Shown here: one piece after another, positions 29,516 to 40,297 of the stretch
Layout: each line of letters opens with the position of its first letter
Position numbering within the stretch: position 1 is the first letter of the stretch
NCBI GenBank assembly: GCA_963701315.1
Contig: OY969603.1
Span: forward strand, 3,159,320-3,223,319
DNA: 64,000 bases
Direction: 5' to 3'
Origin: an uncultured Acidobacteriota bacterium
GTDB taxonomy: Bacteria > Acidobacteriota > Vicinamibacteria > Vicinamibacterales > Fen-181
Program-made: the position numbers and the translations under genes
The notes under the pieces: model-generated
What the model saw: only the letters and a program-made list of their open reading frames with translations
Told to the model about the DNA's origin: nothing
Database searches by the model: none

Positions 29516-31408
29516 TCACCCCCGCAGGGCCAGGTAGCGCAGGACGGCATCGGCGGCCTTCGGGCCCACGGCCGCCGAGAGGTCTTCCCGGCTCGCCCGC
29601 CGCACGCCCGCAAAGCTGCCGAACCTCGTCAACAACAGCCGGCGCCGGCGGACGCCGATGCCCGGGATGACGTCCAGTTCCGACCGGAGATCGCGCGCGG
29701 TCCGCGCGTGCCGGTGGAACGTCACGGCAAAGCGGTGCGCCTCGTCGCGGATCTGCTCGAGCAGCAGCAGCGCCGGGCTGCTCCGCGCAAGCGCGATCGG
29801 GGCCTCCCGGTCGCGCGTCACCACCAGCTCTTCCTTCTTGGCCAGGCCGATGGCCACCAGATTGGCCAGGCCCAGTGATTCGAGGGCGGCGTAGGCGCTC
29901 TTGAGCTGGCCGATGCCGCCGTCGATCACGATCAGGTCCGGAAAGGGCCCTCCCTGTTCCAGGGCGCGGCGGTAGCGACGCTCCACCACCTGGTGCATCG
30001 CGGCAAAGTCGTCGAGATACCGGGGGGGAAGGGCATCGTTGTCGGCGGCGGAACCCGGCGACCGGTCCTCGGGCGACGCCCGGAGGCGGAACTTCCGGTA
30101 CTCCGACCGCCGCATGCGCCCGTCCTCGCAGACCACCATCGACGCGACGGTCTCGCTCCCCTGGATCGTCGAGATGTCGAAGCACTCGATGCGGCGCGGC
30201 AGACCGGGTAGCGCCAGGACCGCCCTGAGCATGTCGAGCCCCTCGTAGTGCGCCGACTGGTCCCGGTTGAACCGCGACTGGTAGGCCAACGTGGCGTTGC
30301 GGGCCGCCAGCTCGAGGAGGCCGCGTTTCTCGCCGCGTTTCGGCACGACGAGGCGCACCCGCCGGCCGCTCCGTTCGGCGAGCCACGCCTCGACGATCTC
30401 GGATTCGGGCAGCGCCACGGGCAGGTGAACCTCCGGCGGCACGTCGCGATCGCCGTAGAACTGCTGGACGGCCGCCTGGAGAATCTCGGCCTCCGAGGGG
30501 CCGGCCGACGCGGCGGGGGATGGCTCGGCCTGGGGTGGGGACGGCGCATCGGCCACCAGTTCGGCCCGCTCGACGACGCGCCCGCGGCGCACCTGAAACA
30601 CCTCGATGGCGGCGCCCGCAGGCCCGGACTTGATGCCGAAGGCGTCGCGGTCGCCCAGTTCGGTCGACGCCATCTTCTGTTGCCGGTCGCGCAGGGTCTG
30701 GATGGTCCGGGCCGCGTCGCGCAGCTGCGCCGCCTCCTCGTAGCGTTCCTCCTCGGCGGCCCGGTCCATGCGCCCGCGCAGCTGCGCCGCCAGCTCGTCG
30801 GTCCGCCCCTCGAGAAACAGCCGCGTGTCCTCGACCGCGCGGGCGTAGCGCTCCTGGCTGCAGAGGGCCTCCACGCACGGGGCCAGGCACCGCTTGATGT
30901 CGTACTCCAGGCAGGGCCGGCTGCGCCGCCCGTTGATATCCTCGTTGCAGGAGCGGAGACCGAACAACCGGTGACTGAGCGCCATGGCGCGCCGGGCCAG
31001 GCTCGCTGGCATGAACGGCCCGGCATAGACGCTGCCGTCGCGCTCCACGCGCCGGGCGACCAGGACCCGGGGGAAGGGCTCGTCGGTGGTCAGATGGAGG
31101 TAGGGATAGTTCTTGTCGTCGCGCAGCAGGATGTTGTACCGGGGCATCCGCTGCTTGATCAGGTTGTTCTCGAGGGCCAGCGCCTCCACGGCCGAATCGG
31201 TGACGATGAAGTCGAGGGCCTCAGCCTCGTCGAGCAGCGCGTCGGTCTTCGGGCTCGTCCCGTAGGCCCCCAGGTAGCTGCGGACCCGGTCGCGCAGCGA
31301 CCGGGCCTTGCCCACGTAGATGGTCTCGCCGGCCCCGTTGGCGTACAGGTACACGCCGGGCTGCTCGGGCAGCCGATCGATCCGGGTCTTGAGATCACGG
31401 ATGGGCAT
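29516..31408 (-). CDS. uvrC: excinuclease ABC subunit C
   Basis: GIY-YIG N-terminus (GVYLYANGAGETIYVGKARSLRDRV), UVR domain and C-terminal HhH. 630 aa. Confidence 0.95.
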   Translation of the reverse strand: MPIRDLKTRIDRLPEQPGVYLYANGAGETIYVGKARSLRDRVRSYLGAYGTSPKTDALLDEAEALDFIVTDSAVEALALENNLIKQRMPRYNILLRDDKNYPYLHLTTDEPFPRVLVARRVERDGSVYAGPFMPASLARRAMALSHRLFGLRSCNEDINGRRSRPCLEYDIKRCLAPCVEALCSQERYARAVEDTRLFLEGRTDELAAQLRGRMDRAAEEERYEEAAQLRDAARTIQTLRDRQQKMASTELGDRDAFGIKSGPAGAAIEVFQVRRGRVVERAELVADAPSPPQAEPSPAASAGPSEAEILQAAVQQFYGDRDVPPEVHLPVALPESEIVEAWLAERSGRRVRLVVPKRGEKRGLLELAARNATLAYQSRFNRDQSAHYEGLDMLRAVLALPGLPRRIECFDISTIQGSETVASMVVCEDGRMRRSEYRKFRLRASPEDRSPGSAADNDALPPRYLDDFAAMHQVVERRYRRALEQGGPFPDLIVIDGGIGQLKSAYAALESLGLANLVAIGLAKKEELVVTRDREAPIALARSSPALLLLEQIRDEAHRFAVTFHRHARTARDLRSELDVIPGIGVRRRRLLLTRFGSFAGVRRASREDLSAAVGPKAADAVLRYLALRG

Positions 31409-31468
31409 GGACTAGTATGTGTCGTTTTCCGCGCGGCCCACGGAACCCCTGGATTATAGCGAAGCCGC

Positions 31469-32275
31469 GTGCCGCCCAAGGGCCCGGAGCCTGAACCGCC
31501 CATGACGTTCACAGGCGCTATCGGAAAGGTCTGCAACTGGCCGCTCCGGGCGATCATCGCCGCGTGCGTCGCGCTCAGGATCTCGCCCAACGTCCTGACG
31601 TTCGTCGGGATGGTCGTCAACATCACCGCGGCGTGCCTGCTCGGGCTGGCGCACTTCCGGTCCGCCGGCTTCGTCATGCTGGCGGCGAACATCTTCGACT
31701 TCATCGACGGGAAGGTGGCGCGCGAGCGCAACCGGGAGACGCCCTTCGGGGCGTTCTGGGACTCGGTGATGGACCGATTCTCGGACATCACCTTGTTCAT
31801 CGGCCTCGTCTACCTCTACGCGAAGGTCGGCCACGTCGACTACGTCATCATCACCGCGCTCGCCATGATGTTCTCGGTCATGACGAGCTATACGCGGGCT
31901 CGGGCCGAGTCGATCATCGAGAAGTGCAAGGTCGGCTTCATGGAGCGCCCCGAGCGCATCGTCCTGTTCATGATCGGCGCGTTCACCAACCGCATGGCGG
32001 CCGTGCTGTGGGTGATCCTCGTGCTGTCGATCGTGACGGTCGCCGACCGGATCTACGTCACCTGGCGCGAGCTGAACGGGGTGAAGGAAGGAAAGAAGTC
32101 GCTCCCCGTGCTGGTGCTCTGGCGGGCCTTCTTCTGGACCGACGAGCGGGCGACCTGGCAGTACGACCTCTGGGTGATTGCCATCCTGGCCTTCACCTGG
32201 CTGACGCCGCCCGCCTGGATCGGTGACCCGCTCACCCACGGCCCCGGCCTCATCGGCTGGCTGCTCGGGCACTAG
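31469..32275 (+). CDS. CDP-alcohol phosphatidyltransferase family protein
   Basis: DFIDGKVARERNRETPFGAFWDSVMD fits D-x2-DG-x2-AR-x8-G-x3-D-x3-D exactly. The start may instead be the ATG at 31502. Confidence 0.8.
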   Translation: MPPKGPEPEPPMTFTGAIGKVCNWPLRAIIAACVALRISPNVLTFVGMVVNITAACLLGLAHFRSAGFVMLAANIFDFIDGKVARERNRETPFGAFWDSVMDRFSDITLFIGLVYLYAKVGHVDYVIITALAMMFSVMTSYTRARAESIIEKCKVGFMERPERIVLFMIGAFTNRMAAVLWVILVLSIVTVADRIYVTWRELNGVKEGKKSLPVLVLWRAFFWTDERATWQYDLWVIAILAFTWLTPPAWIGDPLTHGPGLIGWLLGH

Positions 32276-32323
32276 CGCCCGCGCGCCCGGCACCCGCCCC
32301 GCAGGGGGAGGCGAGGGCCCTCC

Positions 32324-33199
32324 TCAAGACGCTTTCCGCTTCCGGTCCGCGGCCTTGGAGACCGGCGCGGCGACCGACGAGGCCGGCTTGGGCAGTCCGG
32401 CCTTGGCCGCCTTCTTCGGGCTCGCGCTCACCTGGTCGAGGCTCTTGCGGAGCGCTTCCATGAGGTTGATGACGTTGGGCGGCGCCTCGACGGAGGGGGC
32501 AACCACCTCTTCACCGGCGATCTTCGCATCGATGATCTTCCGCAGGCCGTCGCGGTAGTCGTCGTGGAAGGTCGCGAGATCGAGGTGCCCGTCGAAGGTG
32601 CCGATCACCTGGCGCGCCAGCTTCACCTCGTCGGGCTTGAGCTCGGGCGGCGCGCCCCGCAGTTCGTCGATCGCATCGAGGCTGCGGACCTCGGCCGCGT
32701 GGTGCAGCGTGAACATGACGAGGCTCTTCTCGCGCGGCCGGATCGCGACGAGGTACTCGCGGCCGTAGAGCGCCAGTTTGCCGATGCCCGCCTTGCCCTT
32801 CATCGCCTCGCACATCACGGCATACGCCCCGGCGGCCATCGGCCCGTCCGGCGCCAGGTAGTAGGCCCGATCGAGGTAGATCGGGTCCAGCTCCTGGTCG
32901 TCGGCGAACAGCACGAGATCGATCACGCGCGTCGAGGCGGTGCCGACCTTGGCGAGGTCCTCCTCGCTCAGCACCACGAAGCGGCCTTTCTCGAACTCGT
33001 AGCCCTTGACCAGTTCCGTGGTCGCCACGTCGCGGTTGCAGTGCGGGCACCAGCGCTTCTGCTGGATGCGCGTGCGGCACTCGGCGTGGAGCTGGTTGAA
33101 CGACAGGCTCGCCGACGACTCGGCGGCGGGATACACCTTGACGGGGATGCTGACCAGGCTGACCTTGAGGTACCCCTTCCACGTCGATCGGGCGGCCAT
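32324..33199 (-). CDS. ku: Ku protein (non-homologous end joining)
   Basis: MAARSTWKGYLKVSLVSIPVKVYPA, CPHCNRDV, LVKGYEF and a Lys/Ala-rich C-terminal tail. ATG at 33199 within ORF 32324..33223. Confidence 0.9.
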   Translation of the reverse strand: MAARSTWKGYLKVSLVSIPVKVYPAAESSASLSFNQLHAECRTRIQQKRWCPHCNRDVATTELVKGYEFEKGRFVVLSEEDLAKVGTASTRVIDLVLFADDQELDPIYLDRAYYLAPDGPMAAGAYAVMCEAMKGKAGIGKLALYGREYLVAIRPREKSLVMFTLHHAAEVRSLDAIDELRGAPPELKPDEVKLARQVIGTFDGHLDLATFHDDYRDGLRKIIDAKIAGEEVVAPSVEAPPNVINLMEALRKSLDQVSASPKKAAKAGLPKPASSVAAPVSKAADRKRKAS

Positions 33200-33335
33200 C
33201 GGACACCTCGTGCGCGGCCCCACCGCGCGCGCCGCGCGGAGGCCGTCAGTTGCCGGGAACCACAGTTGCGGGAAGACCCTGTACCACTATAGCCCGGCAG
33301 GCGGGCCCTGTCATGTGCGGGCCTGGCAACCTCGT

Positions 33336-33881
33336 TCAGGCGTCGTCGCGCCCGTCCCTGAGGCCAAGGCGGAAGCCGTTGTCGGCGAGATGGAGGGAGC
33401 CCTGGGCGATGAGGTCCCGGAGCAGTCGGCGCACGGCCCCGTAGCTGTCCGCCGGCACGGCGAGCCGGCTGGCCGTGGCTCCCCGCCTGAGCGCGAGCAG
33501 GAGGACCGGCTCGGCCCCCTCCCGCCAGCTCAGCCGGCCGATCCGCGGGTAGCGGACGAATCGACGCTCCGTCCAGATGCCGTCCCGGTAGAACCCCCGC
33601 TCGATCCGCGTCGAGATCGGCACGACGTAGCCGTAGTAGATCAACATCATGCCCTCGCCGAACAGCTGTTCGGAGGCGGCCGGCCGGACGAGGAGGTTGA
33701 AGAGGAACAGGCAGCCGAGCGCGACGCCGATGCCGATCTGCAGGGCGAAGAACGGCGGCCGCCTGGACGGCCAGGTCAGGAGCGCCGTCCGTCGCCGCTG
33801 GAAGTAGCGACACTGGTCGAGGATCGCGAGGAGGTCGGCAACGAGGAACCCGAGCCCGAACAGCAGGAGCAGCCGCGACAT
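33336..33881 (-). CDS. hypothetical membrane protein (two TM helices plus a soluble C-terminal domain)
   Basis: MSRLLLLFGLGFLVADLLAIL starts at the ATG at 33881 within ORF 33336..33944. No family recognised. Confidence 0.5.
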   Translation of the reverse strand: MSRLLLLFGLGFLVADLLAILDQCRYFQRRRTALLTWPSRRPPFFALQIGIGVALGCLFLFNLLVRPAASEQLFGEGMMLIYYGYVVPISTRIERGFYRDGIWTERRFVRYPRIGRLSWREGAEPVLLLALRRGATASRLAVPADSYGAVRRLLRDLIAQGSLHLADNGFRLGLRDGRDDA

Positions 33882-33892
33882 GGCCGGCCGTC

Positions 33893-34477
33893 CTAGGCCG
33901 TCTCGGCCACTGACGCGAGGGTGGGGTCGAAACACCGGCGGCACCGCGCCTCGTAGGTGCCCTGCGCGCCGAGCAGCACCCGGTCCTGGCTGGCGACCAG
34001 ACGCTGCGTGTGGTTGGCCGGGTTGCCGCAGACCACGCAGATGGCCAGCGTCTTGGTGATGTACTCGGCGATGGCCAGCAGCTGCGGCATCGGCTCGAAG
34101 GGCTTGCCCAGGTAATCCTGGTCGAGGCCGGCCACGATCACCCGCTTCCCGCGGTTCGCCAGGGTGTTGCAGACCGCGGGCAGCTCGGCGTCGAAGAACT
34201 GCCCCTCGTCGATGCCCACCACTTCGGTGCCGTCGTCCACCTGGTCGAGCAGCGCGCGGGAGTCGGCCACGTTGCGGGACGCAATGCGCATCTCGCTGTG
34301 GGACACGATCTGATCCTCGGCGAACCGGTTGTCGAAGGTCGGCTTGAAGATCTGGACCTTCTGGCGGGCGATCTGCGCCCGCCGGAGGCGGCGGATGAGC
34401 TCCTCGCTCTTGCCGCTGAACATGCTGCCGGTGATGACCTCGATCCAGCCCGCCTGACGGGCTCGTGGGACGTCCAT
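33893..34477 (-). CDS. tdk: thymidine kinase
   Basis: P-loop [21 protein letters not shown], and zinc ligands CVVCG...CRRC. Confidence 0.9.
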   Translation of the reverse strand: MDVPRARQAGWIEVITGSMFSGKSEELIRRLRRAQIARQKVQIFKPTFDNRFAEDQIVSHSEMRIASRNVADSRALLDQVDDGTEVVGIDEGQFFDAELPAVCNTLANRGKRVIVAGLDQDYLGKPFEPMPQLLAIAEYITKTLAICVVCGNPANHTQRLVASQDRVLLGAQGTYEARCRRCFDPTLASVAETA

Positions 34478-34479
34478 GG

Positions 34480-35034
34480 CTACACCCGCGACTGATACTC
34501 GCCCGTCTCGGTCACGACGCGCACGCGGTCGCCCTCGCTGATGAAGGGCGGCACCTGGATGACGAGGCCCGTCTCCAGCTTGGCGGGCTTCAGTTGCGCG
34601 CTGGCCGTCGCCCCTTTGATGGCGGGCGTGGTTTCCACCACCTTCAGGTCCACCGTCTGCGGCAGCTCGATCCCGACCGCTTCGCTGCCGTAGAACTCCA
34701 TCTCGATCACGGACTCGGCCACGAGGTAGCCCACCGCGTCGCCGAGCACCTCCCCGGACAGCTGGATCTGTTCGTAGGTGTCCGTGTCCATGAAATGGTA
34801 GGACGAGCCGTCATGGTAGAGGTACTGCATCGACTTCTCGTCGAGCACGGCCCGTTCGATCTCGTCTTCCGAGCGCAGCTTCTGATCCGACAGCGCGTTG
34901 GTCCGGATGTTCCGGAGCTTGACCCGGACGAACCCGCGCAGGTTACCCGGCGTGACGTGCTGCAGGTCGATGACCCGGCACAGATCCTGCCCCATCTTGA
35001 TCAGCATGCCCTTGCGAAGTCGTGTCGCTTGCAT
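34480..35034 (-). CDS. efp: elongation factor P family protein with atypical PGNLRG loop
   Basis: [19 protein letters not shown] and a GEYQSRV C-terminus. ATG at 35034 within ORF 34480..35292. The loop reads [15 protein letters not shown] instead of KPGKG. Confidence 0.9.
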   Translation of the reverse strand: MQATRLRKGMLIKMGQDLCRVIDLQHVTPGNLRGFVRVKLRNIRTNALSDQKLRSEDEIERAVLDEKSMQYLYHDGSSYHFMDTDTYEQIQLSGEVLGDAVGYLVAESVIEMEFYGSEAVGIELPQTVDLKVVETTPAIKGATASAQLKPAKLETGLVIQVPPFISEGDRVRVVTETGEYQSRV

Positions 35035-35219
35035 CTCGTCACCTGGCGTGTCGGGTACAGGGGGAACTCGGGGGAGCGGCGAGGGCTCTGGCGGACGAAA
35101 CGCCCCGCGGCTCGCGCGGCACGCCTTCGAACCGTTGCACGAGCCGATCGTCAATATTAGCACACCGTTGTCCGCCCACCAGCCGTCCTCCCCTCGCGTC
35201 GTGCCTGCCGGCTGGGTCG

Positions 35220-35228
35220 TGCTACGAT
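35220..35228 (+). promoter_or_regulatory. extended -10-like element TGcTACGAT 5 nt upstream of the hsp20 GTG start
   Basis: Read by eye. No convincing -35 hexamer. Would imply a leaderless or near-leaderless mRNA. Confidence 0.3.
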
Positions 35229-35233
35229 GGGGC

Positions 35234-35632
35234 GTGGCCTTCACCCGCTGGGATCCCCTGCAGGATTTGCTTGCCCTCCACGAACGGATCAACCGTCTGG
35301 CCGGGGCCGACGAAGCAGGCTGGATGCCCCAAGTGGACCTGTTTGAGTGGCCCGAGTGTTACGTGGTAACGGTCGAGGTGGCTGGCCTGAGCCGTGATGA
35401 CGTGCAGCTCCAGGTCCAGGACGGTAAGCTCACGGTCCGGGGCGAGCGCCCGCCGCGGGACCCGCAGTCGGTACGCTACGAGCGCGTCGAGCGGGGCCAT
35501 GGCCGGTTCGCCCGCACGTTCCTGCTCCCCCACGCCGTGAGCCCTGGAGCGGTGGTCGCCGACCTCCAGGACGGCGTGCTGACCATCACGCTCCCCAAGT
35601 CCCTCGACACCCGCCGCGTCGACGTGCAGTAG
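35234..35632 (+). CDS. Hsp20/alpha-crystallin family small heat-shock protein
   Basis: (V)AFTRWDPLQDLL..., VDLFEWPECYVVTVEVAGLSRDDVQLQVQDGKLTVRGER and GVLTITLPK. GTG at 35234 within ORF 34898..35632. Confidence 0.85.
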   Translation: MAFTRWDPLQDLLALHERINRLAGADEAGWMPQVDLFEWPECYVVTVEVAGLSRDDVQLQVQDGKLTVRGERPPRDPQSVRYERVERGHGRFARTFLLPHAVSPGAVVADLQDGVLTITLPKSLDTRRVDVQ

Positions 35633-35772
35633 GCTGCACGTTCGCAGAGGGTGGCTCCGCCGGGCAATCGCCCGTTTCCCGGCCGTCGCCCGCCTGCCGG
35701 CGGCCCCCACGCCCGTCGCGCGGTGGTACGATGGAAGTGGGCGGCTTGGCCGCCGTGTCAGGTACAAGTCCT

Positions 35773-36950
<1,178 letters not shown>

Positions 36951-36954
<4 letters not shown>

Positions 36955-39633
36955 GCCTGGCGCCCCCCCCGTCGGCGGCGGCGGCCTGGCGCGCGGAGTC
37001 CGGCCCGGCCCATTGGCTGGCACGGGGCTTGGCGCTCGCCGCCTTGCTGCACCCCGCGACCGCCGCGGCCCAGCACCTGCCCGCCGACGTCGTCCCGCTC
37101 CATTACCAGCTGACGCTCGACGTGGGGTTGCCAACCGGGACGTTCTCCGGGGACCTGACCATCGAGCTCCGGGTGGACAAGCCGACGACGCAGATCGTCC
37201 TCAACGAGGTCGATCTGGACCTCCGCAGTGCCGTCCTCACGCTGGCCCCCGACCGCGTCGTGCGGCCGGAGATCTCCGTCAGTTTCTCCGACGAGACGGT
37301 CACCTTCACCACGCCGACACGCCTGCCCCTTGGTCCCCTGAGGCTGCACCTCGACTACTTCGGCCATCTCGCCTCGACCATGCGGGGCCTGTTCGCCGTT
37401 CGCGGGGCGGACGGGCGGATGGGTGCGGCGACACAGTTCGAGCCAATCGATGCCCGCCGGGTCCTGCCCTGCTTCGACGAGCCCGCCTTCAAGGCCAGCT
37501 TCGCCATTTCGGCGATCGTCGATGCCGCCGACACGGCGCTCTCGAACGGCCGCCTCATCTCCGACACGCCGGGGCCGGCGCCGGGGCGTCACACGCTCCG
37601 GTTCGCCACGACGCCGCGCATGTCCTCGTACCTGGTGGCGCTGGCCGTCGGGCCGTTCGAGTGCCTCGAGGCGACCACCGACCTGTACGCCCATCCGGGT
37701 GTGCGCGTCGCCCGAGCACAAGGCCTTCGGGCGGTTCGCCCTCGAGGCGGCGGGCCGCGCCTACCACTACTTCAGCCAGTACTTCGGCGTCCGGTATCCG
37801 TTCGAGAAGCTCGACCTGGTGGCCCTCCCGGACTTTCCGGAGGATGCCATGGAGAACGCTGGCGCGATCTTCTTCAACGAACGGGGCCTGCTGGTCGACC
37901 CGGCGACCGCTTCCGACCACGACCGGTCCGAGGTGGCCGCCGCCGTCTCGCACGAGATTGCCCACCAGTGGGTCGGCAACCTGGTGACGATGCGGTGGTG
38001 GGACGACCTCTGGCTGAACGAGGGACTGGCGACCTGGCTGGAATCCAAGCCGGTCGTGGCATGGAACCCCGCCTGGCGCCGCGATCTCGCCGACCTCTCG
38101 CTCTTCGACGCGGCGATGGAGATCGACACGCTGCGCTCGGCGCACGCCGTGCACGCGAAGGCCTCCACGCGGGCCGAGATCGAGGAGACCTTCGACGACA
38201 CGACCTACAACAAGGGCGCCGGCATCCTGCGGATGATCGAGGGCTACCTCGGTGAGGAGACCCTGCGCGCCGGGCTGGTCGCGTACCTCCGCGCCCATCT
38301 GTTCGGCAACGCCTCGGGCGAGGAGCTGTGGACCGCGCTCGCCCGGTCGTCCGGCAAACCGGTCGACCGCGTGATGCAGCCCTTCATCGAAGAACCGGGG
38401 GTCCCGGTGCTCGGCGTCGAGAGCCGCTGCGAAGGCCAGGGCCAGACGCTCGTCTCGATCACGCAGTCCCGCTTCGGCCCGACCGCGACAGGCCCGGCGG
38501 CGGAGGCCTGGCCGGTGCCGACAACCCTCCGCGCGCTCGACAGCCTGGCGCCACTCTCGCCGACCCTGCTCGACCGACTCTCGCAGACCGTCACCCTCGG
38601 GAGGTGCTCGTCGGCGGTTCTCGTCGACGCCGGCGCCGCCGGCTACTTCTACACGGCCTACGCGCCCGGGACGGCGACGCGGTGGGTGTCGGGGTTTGGC
38701 GACCGCTTGTCACCGGTCGAGCGGCTCCGGCTGCTCGATGACGAGTGGGCACTCGTGCGCGGGGACGTCCGCGGCATCGGCGACTACCTGGACCTGGCGC
38801 GGGCGTTCGCGGGGGACCCCTCGCCGGAGGTCATCGACGCGGTGGCCCGGCACCTGACCTTCGTACACGACTACCTGGTGACGCCGACCAGCCGCGCGCT
38901 CTTCGAGGCATGGGTCCGGGAGACGTTCGGGCCGGGGTCCGACCGACTTGGATGGAAGGCCGTGCGGGGCGAGCGCGAGGAGCGGGGGAAACTCCGCGCG
39001 GCGTTGCTGGACCTGCTCGGGTCGGTCGGGCGCGACGCGCGCGTCCTCGGCTGGGCGCGGGCGCTGCTGGCCGGACAGCTGGCTGGTGGATCGGTCGACC
39101 CGTCGCTCGCGACCACCGTGCTCCGCCTGGCGGTCGTGATGCCGGACCGCGCCCTCGGGGACCAGCTGCTTGCCGCGACCCTGGCCGCAGGTCCCGACGA
39201 ACGGCTCGACACGCTGCTGGTCGTGGCGGGCGCCGCGGGCCCGGAGCTCGTCGGGCGCCTGCTCGCCCAGGCGCTCTCCGATCCGCCGCTGCGCGACGCG
39301 CTCTCGGTGGTTCGGGCGGCGCTCGCCAACCCCGCCGCCAACGGGGCGGCGCTCGCCTTCATCAAGGCGCACTGGACGGAGGTCGAAGGTCGGACGACGA
39401 ACGTGCCGGAGACACTCAGGCTCGTGGGGGCGGCGGCCTCGTTCTGCGATGCGACGGGCAGGGCCGACGTCCAGACGTTCTTTGGGACGAAGACCCCGGA
39501 CTACGCCCGCACGCTCCGGCTGGCACTCGACCAGATCGACCGGTGCCGGGACTCGCGACTGCGCCAGGCGGAGGAACTCGCCCGCTATCTCCGGCTGCCA
39601 CGTCCCTCCCGGCCCCGGCTCACCGCCGACTGA
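36951..39633 (+). CDS. M1-family aminopeptidase (aminopeptidase N-like), probably exported; single-base frameshift near 37684-37690
   Basis: The N-terminal beta domain is in ORF 36951..38255. AMEN (EDAMENAGA) and HEIAHQWVGNLVTMRWWDDLWLNEGLATW are in ORF 37423..39633. The frames swap between ...LEATTD and TPIRVCASPEHKAFG. The GTG start overlaps the htrA stop (GTGA). Confidence 0.85.
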
Positions 39634-40282
39634 GGGGCGTCGCCCGCCCCGACACCTCGCGCCTCCCGACGGCGTAGCACCGCCACGCGTGGTCCAGGCC
39701 AACGCTGATGCCGACCCGCGGGCTCCAGGCGACCTCGTCGTCCTGGATCCCGCCATCCTCGAGGAAGAGCACCGTGCCGCACAGGTCGATGCGGTTCTGG
39801 GCGAGCGAGAGGCCCATGGCACGCGAGAGGCTGCCCGGGCCGCGGCACAGCTCGTGGTCTCTGAGGTCCCCGCCGGCGCGGTCGCCCGCCCGCCGGCGTC
39901 GCATCAGGGGCAGGCCGTCGAGCGGCTCGAGGGCCCGGACCAGGACGGCGGCCGGGCGGCCGGTGGCCTCGGTCACCAGGTTGAAGAGGAAATGGACACC
40001 GTAGCTCAGATACACGTACGCGTGCCCGGGCGGGCCGTAGAGCGGCTGGTTGCGGCGCGTGGGACCCGCCGCGGCATGGCAGGCCGGGTCGTCCTCGCCG
40101 ATATACGCCTCGGCCTCGACGATCGCCCCGGCGGTCGTCCCGTCCCGGCTCCGGTGCACCAGGACCTTGCCGATGACGTCACGGGCCACGTCGAGCGTCG
40201 GCCGGTCGTAGAAGGCCCGCGGGAGGCGCGCCGACTTCTCGGGTGGCGTCCTTCGCGCGGTGATCCGGTCGGCACTCGACAT
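39620..40282 (-). CDS. mpg: DNA-3-methyladenine glycosylase (Mpg/AAG family)
   Basis: GKVLVHR, IVEAEAY and GHAYVYLSYGVHFLFNLV. Its 3' end overlaps the aminopeptidase 3' end by 14 nt (convergent). Confidence 0.9.
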   Translation of the reverse strand: MSSADRITARRTPPEKSARLPRAFYDRPTLDVARDVIGKVLVHRSRDGTTAGAIVEAEAYIGEDDPACHAAAGPTRRNQPLYGPPGHAYVYLSYGVHFLFNLVTEATGRPAAVLVRALEPLDGLPLMRRRRAGDRAGGDLRDHELCRGPGSLSRAMGLSLAQNRIDLCGTVLFLEDGGIQDDEVAWSPRVGISVGLDHAWRCYAVGRREVSGRATPLSRR

Positions 40283-40297
40283 GGGCGGCGCGAGACG

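Noticed and set aside
35157-35165. CIRCE-like half-site TTAGCACAC upstream of hsp20
   Set aside because: The required inverted partner (GAGTGCTAA after a 9-nt spacer) is absent.
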